64,000 nt of DNA from a bacterium (GCA_965261595.1 CBDHDG010000001.1:32001-96000), one strand, 5' to 3'; shown: positions 27,651-37,908, counted from the first letter of the stretch. Made by a program: numbers and translations. The notes: a model not told the origin generated them from the letters alone.

Positions 27651-28063
27651 TCAGCCGCCCCGATCTTCGGTTTCGACCTGAAACGCGTTCTGGATGTGAT
27701 GAATATCCGGACGCCCCCCGGCGGCAAGGTGATCCCCAAGACGTCAAACCGGCAATCCACCGTTTCCCCCAGGCCAACCAGGTAGGCCTGAGCGAGAACG
27801 GAAAGCTTGCGGCGCTTCCTTTCATCCACCGACAACTCGGGCGGGGCGAAATTTCCGGAAGAGCGCGTCTTCACTTCGACGAACACCAGAACGCCGCGGT
27901 GGCGGGCGATCAAGTCAATCTCCCCCAACCGGGTCCGGACGCTCCGGGCGATGATCTCATAACCCCGCTTTCGCAGGTAGCGCGCGCCCTCTTCCTCTCC
28001 CCGCCTCCCCAGCGCGTGACGCGGATCGGGGGGGGAGGGTTTGACCCTGTTCCAGAAAGCCAT
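27651..28063 (-). pseudogene. yraN: YraN family endonuclease with an apparent 1-nt frameshift in a G run (real or sequencing error)
   Basis: LGRRGEE.GARYL...GEIDLI...LVFVEVKTR...CRFDV; the typical tail PDIHHIQNAF lies in another frame after the G6 run at 27714-27719. Confidence 0.85.
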
Positions 28064-28767
28064 CACGCCTCCGGACCAGCCGGAGGCCGGGAGATCGGCG
28101 CCGGACCGGATTCGGGAAGCCCCTCCCCCTCCTCCCCATTCGCGGGGCCGCATTGAACCTCCCGAACGGGGCGGAAGCTCTTTCGGTGAATGGGAGAGGG
28201 GCCGAGCCGCTTCAAAGCTTCCAGGTGGGCCGGGGTCGGATAACCCTTGTGGCGCGCGAACCCATATCCCGGGTGCAGGCGATCGAACTCCTCCATCTGT
28301 CTGTCCCGGCTGACTTTGGCGAGAATGGATGCGGCCGCGATGGACGCGCTTTGAGCGTCCCCATGAACCACCGGGGTCTGCTCGATGTGAAGGCCGGGGG
28401 GGAGGGGGACTGTGTGCAGGCCGTCCACCAAAAGACAATCGGGCGCGGGCATCAGGTGATGAACCGCCCCCGCCATGGCCCGCAGGGCGGCCTGGAGGAT
28501 GTTGATTCGGTCGATCACTTCCGCCGTTTCGGAAGCGACGGCCCACCCCCGCGCCTCATCCACAATCAGCCGATACAGGGATTCGCGCGCTTCCGGCTTC
28601 AGCCGCTTGGAGTCGTCCAGGCCCGGCAGCGCGCAATCGGGGGGCAGGACCACCGCCGCCGCGACGACCGGTCCGGCGATCGGCCCCCGTCCGGCCTCGT
28701 CCACGCCGGCCACACTGGACAGGCCGGCCCCCCATTTCTCTCGTTCCCAACGCCAGCCGACGGCCAC
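28063..28767 (-). CDS. rnhB: Ribonuclease HII
   Basis: GVDEAGRGPIAGPV, DDSK, VDG, SIAAASILAKVSRD, HKGYPT motifs. Confidence 0.96.
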   Translation of the reverse strand: MAVGWRWEREKWGAGLSSVAGVDEAGRGPIAGPVVAAAVVLPPDCALPGLDDSKRLKPEARESLYRLIVDEARGWAVASETAEVIDRINILQAALRAMAGAVHHLMPAPDCLLVDGLHTVPLPPGLHIEQTPVVHGDAQSASIAAASILAKVSRDRQMEEFDRLHPGYGFARHKGYPTPAHLEALKRLGPSPIHRKSFRPVREVQCGPANGEEGEGLPESGPAPISRPPAGPEA

Positions 28768-28769
28768 GG

Positions 28770-29117
28770 TCAGCGGCGCTTGCGTTCCGAGATTCGAGCG
28801 GCCTTTCCCCGGAGATCTCTGAGGTAGTAGAGCTTGGCGCGGCGCACCTTGCCCAATCGCACCACTTCAATCTTGTCGATCTGCGGAGAATGCAACGGGA
28901 GTATCCGTTCCACGCCGACGCCGTAGGAGACCTTTCTCACGGTGAAGGTTTCCTTCGATCCTCCGCCCTTGCGGGCGATCACGATGCCCTCGAAGACTTG
29001 GATGCGCTCTTTTTCCCCTTCGGTGATTCGGGAGTGCACCCGCACCGTGTCCCCAGACCGGAAGTCCGGGATGTCCATCCTCATCTGGGATTTTTCCAGC
29101 TCATCAATCACGTTCAT
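28770..29117 (-). CDS. rplS: 50S ribosomal protein L19
   Basis: [35 protein letters not shown] motifs. Confidence 0.98.
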   Translation of the reverse strand: MNVIDELEKSQMRMDIPDFRSGDTVRVHSRITEGEKERIQVFEGIVIARKGGGSKETFTVRKVSYGVGVERILPLHSPQIDKIEVVRLGKVRRAKLYYLRDLRGKAARISERKRR

Positions 29118-29895
29118 GACGGGTCAACCTCTCGTCCGATGAAACCCCACCGGGTTGTTTTTCCGTGCGCCCTGTGCGCCATTCGGCAATCCATTTGCGT
29201 TTCTCTTCATCCATCCCATCCTCACAGATGAGGTCGGGCCTTCTTTCGAGCGTCCTGAACAGCGCCTCCCGGGCCCGCCATTTTCGGATCTTCCCGTGAT
29301 CGCCCGATAGGAGCACCTTCGGCGCCCGCCTCCCATGGAACATCTCCGGACGGGTGTACTGGGGGAAATCCAGGAGGCCGGCGGCGAACGAATCCTCTTC
29401 GGCCGACTCCGCGCATCCCAACACCCCCGGGATCATCCTCGCGACCGCGTCGATCACGACGAGGGCGGGCAGCTCGCCGCCCGTCAGGACGTAATCGCCG
29501 ATGGAGATCTCTTCATCAACATAGATCTCCCGGACACGCTCATCCACTCCCTCATAACGGCCGCAGAGCAAAATGACGCGATCTTCCCGCGCCAGGGCCC
29601 GCGCCCCCTCCTGCGTCCAGGGCCGTCCCTGGGGCGTCAGGAAGATCACCTTCGCCCGGGGATCGCCGTTGCGCAAGCTCTCGACCGCCCGCCCGATCGG
29701 CTCGGCCGTCATGACCATCCCGCCCCCGCCCCCGTAGGGGTAATCGTCCGTGGAGCGATGGGGGTCATCGGTATGGTCTCTCAGGTCATGGACCCGAACG
29801 GTGAGAAGACCTCCATCGATGGCCTTGTGCAGGACGCCCTCGGCCAGGGGGGAATCGAACATTCGGGGAAAAATGGTGATGACCTCAAAGATCAA
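29104..29895 (-). CDS. trmD: tRNA (guanine-N1)-methyltransferase
   Basis: [38 protein letters not shown] motifs. Confidence 0.97.
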   Translation of the reverse strand: MIFEVITIFPRMFDSPLAEGVLHKAIDGGLLTVRVHDLRDHTDDPHRSTDDYPYGGGGGMVMTAEPIGRAVESLRNGDPRAKVIFLTPQGRPWTQEGARALAREDRVILLCGRYEGVDERVREIYVDEEISIGDYVLTGGELPALVVIDAVARMIPGVLGCAESAEEDSFAAGLLDFPQYTRPEMFHGRRAPKVLLSGDHGKIRKWRAREALFRTLERRPDLICEDGMDEEKRKWIAEWRTGRTEKQPGGVSSDERLTRHERD

Positions 29896-30439
29896 CGCCC
29901 TCTCCTCCCGACACCCGAAGGCCCTCCGGGACGCTCACCCTCATTCGCCCTCCTTCCAGGTCCACCTCGCGGACAACCTCCCGGGTCATGGGCAAGAGAA
30001 CCTCCTCGTCGCCCGCTTGAACGACGAGCAGCTCGTTCTCGCCGCAGGGTCCGGTCGCCAGTATCCCGGTCAACCGGCCCACCGGATTTCCGGCGTCGTC
30101 CACAACCACTAGGCCGACCAGATCCTCCCACAGGTATTCATCCTCTTTCAGCGGAGGCAGGCGCTCTCGGTCCACGTGAATCTCCGCGTGAACCAAGGCC
30201 TCCGCGCCGTCCCGATCCGAGACCCCTTCGAGGCGGATCAGGACGCGGCGGCCGTGCGGACGGGAGGTCTCGACGCGCACCGGCCGACTCTCCCCCTCCC
30301 CCTTCCCTTCCCGAAGCAAAAGCCGGGCGCCCGGCGCCAGCGCATCGCCGCATTCCAGCCATGGCTCGACCGAAACCTCCCCCCGGATGCCGTGGGCCTT
30401 GGCGATCCGACCGAGGGCGACGGTCCGCGGTTGTTCCAC
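29885..30439 (-). CDS. rimM: Ribosome maturation factor RimM
   Basis: GRIAKAHGIRGEV, EY.WEDLVGL motifs; synteny. Confidence 0.95.
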   Translation of the reverse strand: MEQPRTVALGRIAKAHGIRGEVSVEPWLECGDALAPGARLLLREGKGEGESRPVRVETSRPHGRRVLIRLEGVSDRDGAEALVHAEIHVDRERLPPLKEDEYLWEDLVGLVVVDDAGNPVGRLTGILATGPCGENELLVVQAGDEEVLLPMTREVVREVDLEGGRMRVSVPEGLRVSGGEGVDL

Positions 30440-30444
30440 CCGTC

Positions 30445-30675
30445 CTATTCCAGGATCTCCAGGACGTACCGCTTGCCCTGGCGCGAGGAGACCACCGACA
30501 GGAGGGTGCGCATCGCCTTGGCCGTTCGACCTTCCCGGCCGATCACCTTGCCCAGGTCTCCTTCCGCCACCCTCAGCTCGAGCGTCGACGCATCCCCCCG
30601 GTCCACTTCGTCCACACGGACCTGATCCGGCTCATCGACCAGCGCCCTGGCGATATCTTCGATGAAGCCTTTCAC
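30445..30675 (-). CDS. khpA: KH-domain RNA-binding protein KhpA
   Basis: ALVDEPD.V, DLGKVIGREGRTAKAMR; position between rpsP and rimM. Confidence 0.94.
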   Translation of the reverse strand: MKGFIEDIARALVDEPDQVRVDEVDRGDASTLELRVAEGDLGKVIGREGRTAKAMRTLLSVVSSRQGKRYVLEILE

Positions 30676-30721
30676 CGTCTCTCCCCTGAAAGGGCCGCGG
30701 GCTCAAAACCCCGAACGGCCC

Positions 30722-31003
30722 CTACGCCCCGCCGCCCGGCGCGGAATCGGCCAAAGACTCCGCGTGATACACGCCCGCCTTCTTGAAGATGGTCCGGACG
30801 GTGTCCGAAGGCCGGGCGCCGACCGACAGCCAGTAACGCGCGCGCTCCGGGTCGATGGACGCCGAGGGCGAGTCCGTCCCCGGATCGTAGGTTCCGAGAC
30901 TTTCAATGATCCTGCCGTCCCGCGGGGAGCGGGAATCTGCCACCACAACCCGGTATAAGGGATGCTTCTTGGCACCCATGCGCCAGAGCCGAATGCGAAC
31001 CAC
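30722..31003 (-). CDS. rpsP: 30S ribosomal protein S16
   Basis: [27 protein letters not shown] motif. Confidence 0.97.
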   Translation of the reverse strand: MVRIRLWRMGAKKHPLYRVVVADSRSPRDGRIIESLGTYDPGTDSPSASIDPERARYWLSVGARPSDTVRTIFKKAGVYHAESLADSAPGGGA

Positions 31004-31092
31004 CTGGTTTCCTCCTCGAGTGTCTGAATCCGTTTATCGGGCTCGGCGGAGGGCGCGCTCGGCCTTCCCCCTCGCCCATCGGCGTCCGTCTA

Positions 31093-32445
31093 TCAATTTC
31101 CGGGGAAACCGGGCAGCCCCGACAGGCCAGCCATCGCCCGCCGCCGCTTCCCGCCCCGCCCGCTCCGGGTCATCATACCCATCATTTTCTTCATCTGAGC
31201 GAACTGCTTGAGCAATTGATTCAGGTCCTGGACGGTGACGCCGCTGCCCGCCGCGATCCGGCGGCGGCGGCTTCCGTTGATGAGGGCGTGGTCTCTTCGC
31301 TCGGCCGGCGTCATCGAATCGATCATGGCCCCAATTTTGACCAGTTGATCCTCCCCGCCCTGAATCCCTTTCAGCTTGTTGACGCCCGGAATCATCTCGA
31401 GCAGCTCGTCCAGCGGACCCATTTTCTTCAACTGCAGGAGCTGGTCCCGGAAATCCTCCAACGTGAAAGAAGCGGTCCGGGCCTTCTCGGCGAGGTCCGC
31501 GGCCTCATCGGCCGACAGGGCGGATTCCGCCCGCTCGATCAGCGAGAGAACGTCCCCCATCCCGAGGATCCGGGAGGCCATCCGTTCCGGGTGAAAGGTC
31601 TCGAGCGCTTCCAGCCGCTCGCCGACGCCCAGGAACTTGATGGGGATCCCCACTTCCGCGCGAATCGACAGGGCGGCGCCCCCGCGCGCGTCTCCATCCA
31701 TCTTCGTCAGAACCACTCCGGTGAGATCGACCGATTCATGGAAGCCCCCGGCCAGATCGACAGCCTGCTGCCCCGTCATGGCGTCCGCCACGAGGAGCCG
31801 TTCGTCCGGCCCAATCGCCTCGCACATCCGTCCGAGCTCGCCCATCAGGTCTTCGTCCATCTGAAGCCGGCCGGCCGAATCCACGATCAGCACATCCGAT
31901 CCCTCCGCCCGGGCGGCCTCCAACGCCGCTTTTACGGCGGAAACGGGGTCCGCAACCCCCGCCGGATCGAACACAGGCGTCTCCAGCGACCGCCCCAATA
32001 CGGCAAGCTGCTCAACGGCGGCGGGCCGACTCAAATCGCACGGCGCCAGATAGGGGCGCTTGCCCTCCCCCTTGAGCCGGCAGGCCAGCTTTGCGGCCGT
32101 GGTCGTTTTCCCCGCCCCGTGCAGACCCGCCAGAAGGATGACCGTCGGGGGCGCTTCTGCCTCGGCCAATGGCGCGGACCGCTCGCCCATCAGGGACGTC
32201 AGCTCCTCGTGGACAATCTTGACGACCTGCTGTCCCGGCGTCAGGCTCTTCATCACATCGGCGCCGACGGCCCTTTCGCGAACCGCGCCGACGAATTGCT
32301 TCACGACCCGGAAATGGACGTCTGCTTCCAGCAGCGCGAGGCGGACCTCCCGCATGGCTTCGGTGACGTCGGATTCGCTCAGTTTTCCCCGCCCGCGAAG
32401 CCTCTTGAAGACCCCTTCCAGGCGGCGGCTCAAATTCTCGAACAT
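31093..32445 (-). CDS. ffh: Signal recognition particle protein
   Basis: ALLEADV, GAGKTT, DSAGR, TKMDGDARGG, RILGMGD motifs; M domain. Confidence 0.97.
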   Translation of the reverse strand: MFENLSRRLEGVFKRLRGRGKLSESDVTEAMREVRLALLEADVHFRVVKQFVGAVRERAVGADVMKSLTPGQQVVKIVHEELTSLMGERSAPLAEAEAPPTVILLAGLHGAGKTTTAAKLACRLKGEGKRPYLAPCDLSRPAAVEQLAVLGRSLETPVFDPAGVADPVSAVKAALEAARAEGSDVLIVDSAGRLQMDEDLMGELGRMCEAIGPDERLLVADAMTGQQAVDLAGGFHESVDLTGVVLTKMDGDARGGAALSIRAEVGIPIKFLGVGERLEALETFHPERMASRILGMGDVLSLIERAESALSADEAADLAEKARTASFTLEDFRDQLLQLKKMGPLDELLEMIPGVNKLKGIQGGEDQLVKIGAMIDSMTPAERRDHALINGSRRRRIAAGSGVTVQDLNQLLKQFAQMKKMMGMMTRSGRGGKRRRAMAGLSGLPGFPGN

Positions 32446-32498
32446 GACCCACCCATCACGGATAGAAAACGCTCAAAGGCCCGGGAACACAAGGCGTT

Positions 32499-32528
32499 AA
32501 GTTAGACCCGGGAGGGCCTCCCCGTCAA
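32499..32528 (-). promoter_or_regulatory. Possible sigma70 promoter for the ffh-rpsP operon
   Basis: TTGACG-N18-TAACTT. Confidence 0.45.
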
Positions 32529-32549
32529 CGGATTTCCCGGGGCGCCCTT

Positions 32550-33290
32550 TCACGGGCCGCCGTCCGCCCCGTCTTTGTCCGGCCCATTCAGGGAGGCGGC
32601 GCGAATCCGGGCGATCGCCCCCCGGTAATCTTCCTGACCGAAAACCGCCGTACCCGCCACTAGTATCCGAGCGCCGGCTTCAACGGCGGGACCGGCCGTG
32701 TCCGGGTCCACCCCTCCGTCCACCTCGAGGATCGGCCGGACGGCCGCCGAATCCAGGCGCTCGCTCACCCGCCGGATTTTCGGCAGGACGCCCCGGATAA
32801 AGCGCTGTCCCCCGAACCCCGGGTTCACGGTCATCAGGAGAACCAGGTCGGCGAGCGCAAGGACCTCGAAAACCGCCTCCGGCGGGGTGGCCGGGTTGAT
32901 CGCGACCCCCGCGCGCACCGGCTCGCCCCGGGACGTCGTCATCTTGCGGATGGCCTCGAGCGTCCGGTGAAGATGGGGACACGTCTCGGCGTGAACGGTC
33001 AGAACGTCCGCCCCGGCCCGAACAAAGGCGTCGAGGTGCCGCTCGGGCTCGACCATCATCAGGTGAACGTCCAGGAGGACATCGCTCCGCTCCGTCTCCC
33101 GAACGCTTCGGACGGCTTCGACCGCCAACGGCCCCAGGGTCAGGTTCGGAACGAACCGCCCGTCCATGACATCGATGTGGAGCCAGTCGGCGCCCGCGTC
33201 GATCACCCGGCGCACCTCCTCCCCGAGGCGGGTGAAATCGCACGCCAGCAGAGAGGGCGCAACGCGAATCTTCTCTGTGGGTCCCGGCAC
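32550..33290 (-). CDS. rpe: Ribulose-phosphate 3-epimerase
   Basis: APSLL, HIDVMDGRFVPN, DVHLM, MTVNPGFGGQ, EVDGG motifs. Confidence 0.97.
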   Translation of the reverse strand: MPGPTEKIRVAPSLLACDFTRLGEEVRRVIDAGADWLHIDVMDGRFVPNLTLGPLAVEAVRSVRETERSDVLLDVHLMMVEPERHLDAFVRAGADVLTVHAETCPHLHRTLEAIRKMTTSRGEPVRAGVAINPATPPEAVFEVLALADLVLLMTVNPGFGGQRFIRGVLPKIRRVSERLDSAAVRPILEVDGGVDPDTAGPAVEAGARILVAGTAVFGQEDYRGAIARIRAASLNGPDKDGADGGP

Positions 33291-34246
33291 TATTGAAGCA
33301 CCCTCTCTTCCGACAGCTTGCCGTCCAGGTAGATACGGGCCACGGTCCTTCCGCTGAGCCGGACGAGCATCCCCACTTCCTGGCCGCCTTTCTTTTTTCC
33401 GTTGAAAATCTCGCGGGCGCTCTGGCCGTGGACCAGGACGACGCGCACCACGCTCTCCCGAATCTTTTCGGAGAGCGTATACCGGAAGTAGGCATACGTC
33501 CCGGTCGGCTTCGCCCCGGGACCCGCGCCCCGGGCCACGAACAGCCGGACGCCGTCATCCTTTCCAATCGGTGAGCCGGCTCTCGGCTCATGGCGGAGGA
33601 CGACGCCGACCTTCACGCCCGGGTAGTCGGCCCGGACGACCTTTCCCACACGAAGGGAGGAGTTCTGTAGGATGCGCAAGGCGACGCCGAGGTCCTTCCC
33701 CACAAAGTCGGGCATCAGAAACGCCGATCGCGGCCGCCCGTTGCTCACCAGGAGACTCACTTGCCGTCCCCGCTCGACGACCCGCGCCGGAGTGGGAACT
33801 TGGGCGATGACGCCGTTTTCGTGGTAGGAATTCGATTCCACCCAGGCGACCCGGCCCACCTTGAACCCCATCGCTTTCAGGATATTGACCGCCCGGTTCC
33901 AGGACTCCCCCCGCACCTCGGGCACCCGCGCCTCACGGGGGCCCTTGCTGAGGATGACGGACACCCGCCGCCCGCGCTTCACCCGCCGCCCCGCCGGCGG
34001 GTCCTGCCGGATGACGTTGTGCTTCGCCACGACCGGGTCAAACTCCTGGCTCCGGATCCCCAGACCCAGATCGGACTGGCCCATGATCTCCAGCGCATCG
34101 ACGATGTGCTTCCCGGACACGGACGGGACCGGAATATCCCCACCGCCCAGGACCACCTTCATGGCCACGTAACCGCTGACCGCGCTCGCGCCCACGATGA
34201 GGATCAAGAACAGAAAAAAGCGAATCACCTTCAGGATCGCCTTCAT
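33290..34246 (-). CDS. PASTA-domain membrane protein (three PASTA repeats)
   Basis: N-terminal TM; VP.V.G...VI.Q.P.AG...V...SKG repeats. Confidence 0.9.
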   Translation of the reverse strand: MKAILKVIRFFLFLILIVGASAVSGYVAMKVVLGGGDIPVPSVSGKHIVDALEIMGQSDLGLGIRSQEFDPVVAKHNVIRQDPPAGRRVKRGRRVSVILSKGPREARVPEVRGESWNRAVNILKAMGFKVGRVAWVESNSYHENGVIAQVPTPARVVERGRQVSLLVSNGRPRSAFLMPDFVGKDLGVALRILQNSSLRVGKVVRADYPGVKVGVVLRHEPRAGSPIGKDDGVRLFVARGAGPGAKPTGTYAYFRYTLSEKIRESVVRVVLVHGQSAREIFNGKKKGGQEVGMLVRLSGRTVARIYLDGKLSEERVLQ

Positions 34247-35682
34247 CCGCTTCTCCGTTCCTCAGGAGAGATCCGTCTCCATCCGGCGGCGAAAAATCCA
34301 TCTGTTCCGGCGTCGCCGGGGCGCAGGGCGAAGCACCCGGACCGATCAACGAACCGCCGGGCGGAGGAGAGTCCGTCGGGCAATCGCGAGGAGAGGTCTT
34401 CCCGTTGAAAGCGGGCGCCCTCCGCGCTTTGCTCGAAGGCCTCAACGACCCGGCCGGTTTCCTCCTCCTCGAGGGAGCACACGCAATAGAGCAATCTCCC
34501 CCCCTCCCCCTCCCCCTTCCCCGGCCCCACCGCCCGCGACGCCGCCCTCAAAATCTTCAGCGCCAACCCGCTCAGCCGCAGGATATCCGCTTCGGTCTTG
34601 TTCCACTTGGCCTCGGGGTGGCGCCGCAGCACGCCCAGACCGGAGCAGGGGGCGTCCACCAAAACGGCGTCAAACGCCTCGCCGCGCGAGGCGTCCATTC
34701 CGCCGCGGACGGGGGACACCGACCGCAACCCCATGCGCCGCGCGGTCTCCGCCACCCGCGCCAACCGGGTCCGGTGCGGATCCGTGGCCAAAAGCAACCC
34801 TTCGTCCTCCATCAATTCGGCGAGGTGCGCCGTTTTCCCGCCGGGACCCGCGCACACGTCCCACACCCGGTCCCCCGGACGGACGCCCAGAAGCGGGGCC
34901 ATGAGGGCCGCCCCTTCATCCTGGACGGCGAACCACCCATCCCGAAAGCCGGGCAGGGTCCGCACGTCTCCTCCTCCCCGGAGGGTCAGGACATCGGGAG
35001 AGATTCGCCCCCGCGCCACCTCGGCGCCCGCCGACCGAAGCGCCTCTTCGAGGACCTCCGGCGTCGCGCGGCGCCGATTCACCCTCAGCGTCAGAGGGCC
35101 CGCCGCGTTGTTCGCGCGGCAGACGCGGACCGCCCCTTCCATCCCCCACCGCCGCGCCCATCGCCGGACCATCCAACGCGGGTGGGACTCGGCGTCGGCC
35201 AATGCGTCCGCGTCCTGGGGCGAGGCCGCGTCATCGGTTCGCCTCCAGCCTTCGGCCTCCCGGGCCAAACGCCTCAGGACCCCGTTCACCAGGGCCGCGA
35301 GCCCGGCGAACCCTCTTGCCCGAACCTGACCGACGGCTTCATCGACGGCCGCCCAAGGGGGGATCCGATCCGTGAAGAGGATCTGGTAAGCGCCCAGACG
35401 CAGGACATTCAGAACGACAGGAGGAAGCTTTTCGGCGCTTCCTGAAAGGCAAAACGACAGCGCCTGGTCCAGCTGGCCCCGCCATCGCAAGGTTCCGTAG
35501 GCCAACTCCCGGACGAAGGCCCGGTCTTTCGCGTCGAGAGACTTTCTCGCTTCACACCCCCTCAACCGCTCATCCAGCCGGACGCCGGGGCGCCCGGCGT
35601 CCTGGATCAAGTCCAGCGCAACCCCGCGGGCGCCCCGATCCATTTTTCCCGCCGACCGTCTCCGAACCGCCGTTCTTCCCAT
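34243..35682 (-). CDS. rsmB: 16S rRNA m5C967 methyltransferase
   Basis: NusB-like N-terminus; SHPRW, VQD, DVCAGPGGKT, DAPCSGLG, YCVCS motifs. Confidence 0.95.
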   Translation of the reverse strand: MGRTAVRRRSAGKMDRGARGVALDLIQDAGRPGVRLDERLRGCEARKSLDAKDRAFVRELAYGTLRWRGQLDQALSFCLSGSAEKLPPVVLNVLRLGAYQILFTDRIPPWAAVDEAVGQVRARGFAGLAALVNGVLRRLAREAEGWRRTDDAASPQDADALADAESHPRWMVRRWARRWGMEGAVRVCRANNAAGPLTLRVNRRRATPEVLEEALRSAGAEVARGRISPDVLTLRGGGDVRTLPGFRDGWFAVQDEGAALMAPLLGVRPGDRVWDVCAGPGGKTAHLAELMEDEGLLLATDPHRTRLARVAETARRMGLRSVSPVRGGMDASRGEAFDAVLVDAPCSGLGVLRRHPEAKWNKTEADILRLSGLALKILRAASRAVGPGKGEGEGGRLLYCVCSLEEEETGRVVEAFEQSAEGARFQREDLSSRLPDGLSSARRFVDRSGCFALRPGDAGTDGFFAAGWRRISPEERRSG

Positions 35683-35703
35683 CTCTCAGCCCCAAGGAGG
35701 CGC

Positions 35704-35858
35704 ATCCACAAATTTCACAGATAATTCCAGTTTCTTAAATCCCTCAAATTCATCCAATCCGTCGATCCATTAGTCTCTATAATGGCCTCGAAAATGTCCA
35801 CGGATTTCACAGCTCTACAAAGACTTCCCGTTCTTTCTAATCTGTGTAATCTGTGGAT
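35704..35858. repeat. Cluster of ATCCACAGATT(A/T)CACAGAT-type inverted repeats
   Basis: Units at 35704-35722 and 35797-35812; inverted AATCTGTGTAATCTGTGGAT at 35839-35858. Confidence 0.7.
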
Positions 35859-35901
35859 TCGTCTTGAATTCGTTGATTCATCCAATCCGGACACGGGGGC
35901 G

Positions 35902-36939
35902 CTAGCCCACAACGGCGCCTTCCGGCAGCCGATATCCCTGCCAGAACGCCTTGGCATCCATCCGTCGCTTTCCTTCCGGTTGAACTTCCGTGAGGAGGAC
36001 CCACCCATCGGCGGCGGCGATTCGGATCCCTTCCCGGCCCGACGGACCCTTCGCCAAACCACCAATGAAACCCGGGGGAACATCCATCGCTCCCACGCAA
36101 TCCCCCGGTTTTTTCAAATCCGGGTCATCGGCGCAATCTGTGGATTCCCCGGACTCGGGCGCGGCCATCCACACCCGAAGCCAAGGTTCGCCGCCGTTTT
36201 CACCGGCCGCCCTGTCTCCGCCGAGGGCAACCCACCGGGTTCGGGCGACAGGCCAGGGGCGGAGGCCCCGGACACGGCGGCAGATGGCCGCCGCCTCCTG
36301 ATGCCAGTCCAAGACAGCATCTTCTTTCTTGAGCTTCGAGGCATACGTCGCCAACGCTTCATCCTGAGGGATGGGCTCAAGCATCCCCGCCCCTCCCCCC
36401 CCCAAGGCATCGATCGTCTCCATGCAGACCGCCGCGGCCAGCCCCGACAGCTTTTCGGAGAGCGACTCCGCGGTCTCATCCAGTGCGATCGGGCATCGCC
36501 GCCGCAAAAGGATGTCCCCGGCGTCGAGCTTCTCCACCATTTGCATGGAAGTAACGCCGGTTTCCTTATCTCCCTCGATCAACGCCCATTGGATGGGCGC
36601 CGCCCCGCGATGCCGGGGCAGGAGGGAGGCGTGCAGGTTGACGCACCCGAGCGGCGGCCAATCGAGAAGGTCTGATTTCAAGATGCGCCCGTAGGCGACC
36701 ACGACGATGAGGTCCGGCGACAGGGCCGGCCAGAGCTCCCGAGCCGGCCGCCGAGGCTGATAGACGGCAACGCCGGCCTTCACCGCCCTTTTCTTGACCG
36801 GCGGGGGCCGCAGCTTCCTGCCCCGTCCGGCGGGCGCGTCCGGCTGGGTGACGACCCCGATGATCTCGTGGGAGGAGGCCAGCAGGGCGTCGAGGGTCGG
36901 AACGGCGAATTCGGGGGTTCCCATCAGGAGGATTTTCAT
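35902..36939 (-). CDS. fmt: Methionyl-tRNA formyltransferase
   Basis: MGTPEFA, VVTQPD, VVAYG, NLHASLLP.HRGAAPI, LDAGD, VQPEGKRRM motifs. Confidence 0.97.
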   Translation of the reverse strand: MKILLMGTPEFAVPTLDALLASSHEIIGVVTQPDAPAGRGRKLRPPPVKKRAVKAGVAVYQPRRPARELWPALSPDLIVVVAYGRILKSDLLDWPPLGCVNLHASLLPRHRGAAPIQWALIEGDKETGVTSMQMVEKLDAGDILLRRRCPIALDETAESLSEKLSGLAAAVCMETIDALGGGGAGMLEPIPQDEALATYASKLKKEDAVLDWHQEAAAICRRVRGLRPWPVARTRWVALGGDRAAGENGGEPWLRVWMAAPESGESTDCADDPDLKKPGDCVGAMDVPPGFIGGLAKGPSGREGIRIAAADGWVLLTEVQPEGKRRMDAKAFWQGYRLPEGAVVG

Positions 36940-37029
36940 CTGCCCCACCTCTCCGCCCTTTCGGGGTGGTTCTCCCTCTCAGGCGGCCCTCCTTCTCCGA
37001 CCCAGGCGACTCAGCTTCGCCCGACCGCT

Positions 37030-37079
37030 CCGGAGGCGCGACCTCCCCGGAGGCCCGACCTCCCCGGAGGCCCGGCCTC
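37030..37079. repeat. 3 x 17-bp tandem repeat between def and fmt
   Basis: CCGGAGGC(G/C)CG(A/G)CCTCC starting at 37030, 37047 and 37064. Confidence 0.8.
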
Positions 37080-37087
37080 AACCGGGG

Positions 37088-37597
37088 TCAGGCTTCCACA
37101 CGTTGGCGTTTTCGGAGCTTCCGCTTGACCAGATCTCTTTTGACGGGACCCAGAAAATCAATGATGAGCACGCCGTTCAGGTGGTCAAGCTCGTGTTGGA
37201 GGATCAGCGCAAGATAGCCTTCCGCTTCGATCCGCACGTTTCGGCCGTCGGGCAACAACCCCTCGAAGGTTGCCCGCTCCGGCCGTTCGATCAGCACTTG
37301 GACCTCCGGGAAGCTGAGACATCCCTCTTCGGATGTCTGGCTGCCCTCGGTGTTCAAGAGCACGGGATTGATCACCGCGAGGACCGCCGCCGGGTCTTCC
37401 CCGGAAGAAGGGTCGACGACGATGATCCGGCGGCTCTCGCCCACCTGGGGCGCCGCCAAGCCAACGCCGGGAGCGGCGTGCATCGTCTCGATCATGTCCG
37501 AGACGAGCGTCCGGACCCCTTCGTCCACCTCCGCAACCGGGTCCGCCTCCTGGCGAAGCACGGAATCGGGAAAGATTCGAATTTTCATTACGGCCAT
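37088..37597 (-). CDS. def: Peptide deformylase
   Basis: GVGLAAPQ, EGCLS, QHELDHLNG motifs. Confidence 0.97.
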   Translation of the reverse strand: MAVMKIRIFPDSVLRQEADPVAEVDEGVRTLVSDMIETMHAAPGVGLAAPQVGESRRIIVVDPSSGEDPAAVLAVINPVLLNTEGSQTSEEGCLSFPEVQVLIERPERATFEGLLPDGRNVRIEAEGYLALILQHELDHLNGVLIIDFLGPVKRDLVKRKLRKRQRVEA

Positions 37598-37668
37598 GAA
37601 ATCAAATCATCCATCCTGGAAAAGGGGTCCCAAAAACCCTCTGAATTCAGGGATATAAAGGCAAATTG

Positions 37669-37697
37669 AATATAGCTCACGACCCGGCCGGATTCAA
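37669..37697 (-). promoter_or_regulatory. sigma70-type promoter for the def-fmt operon
   Basis: TTGAAT-N17-TATATT. Confidence 0.55.
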
Positions 37698-37908
37698 CTG
37701 AATGCTCCCCCGAGGGAGGCGACGCGGGCGGTCTCTACAACCATTGGCCGAAAGGCCCGGGGCGTCCAATGCCGGGTTCACGGATTGGGGTGCGGCGCAG
37801 GTCGGTTGACCCTCCGCCTCCGCCAAAGGTCCCGCTGACTCGAAAACCCAAAGAGACCGAAGCCTCGACGCCGAACCGCTTTTGAATCTGTCCGGTTTGC
37901 ACTCCCGG

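Noticed and set aside
37700..37900. Hairpins between priA and def (CATTGG...CCAATG, GGCC-GAAA-GGCC) as a possible ncRNA
   Set aside because: No match to an RNA family I recognise; explained by GC-rich chance and a degenerate REP
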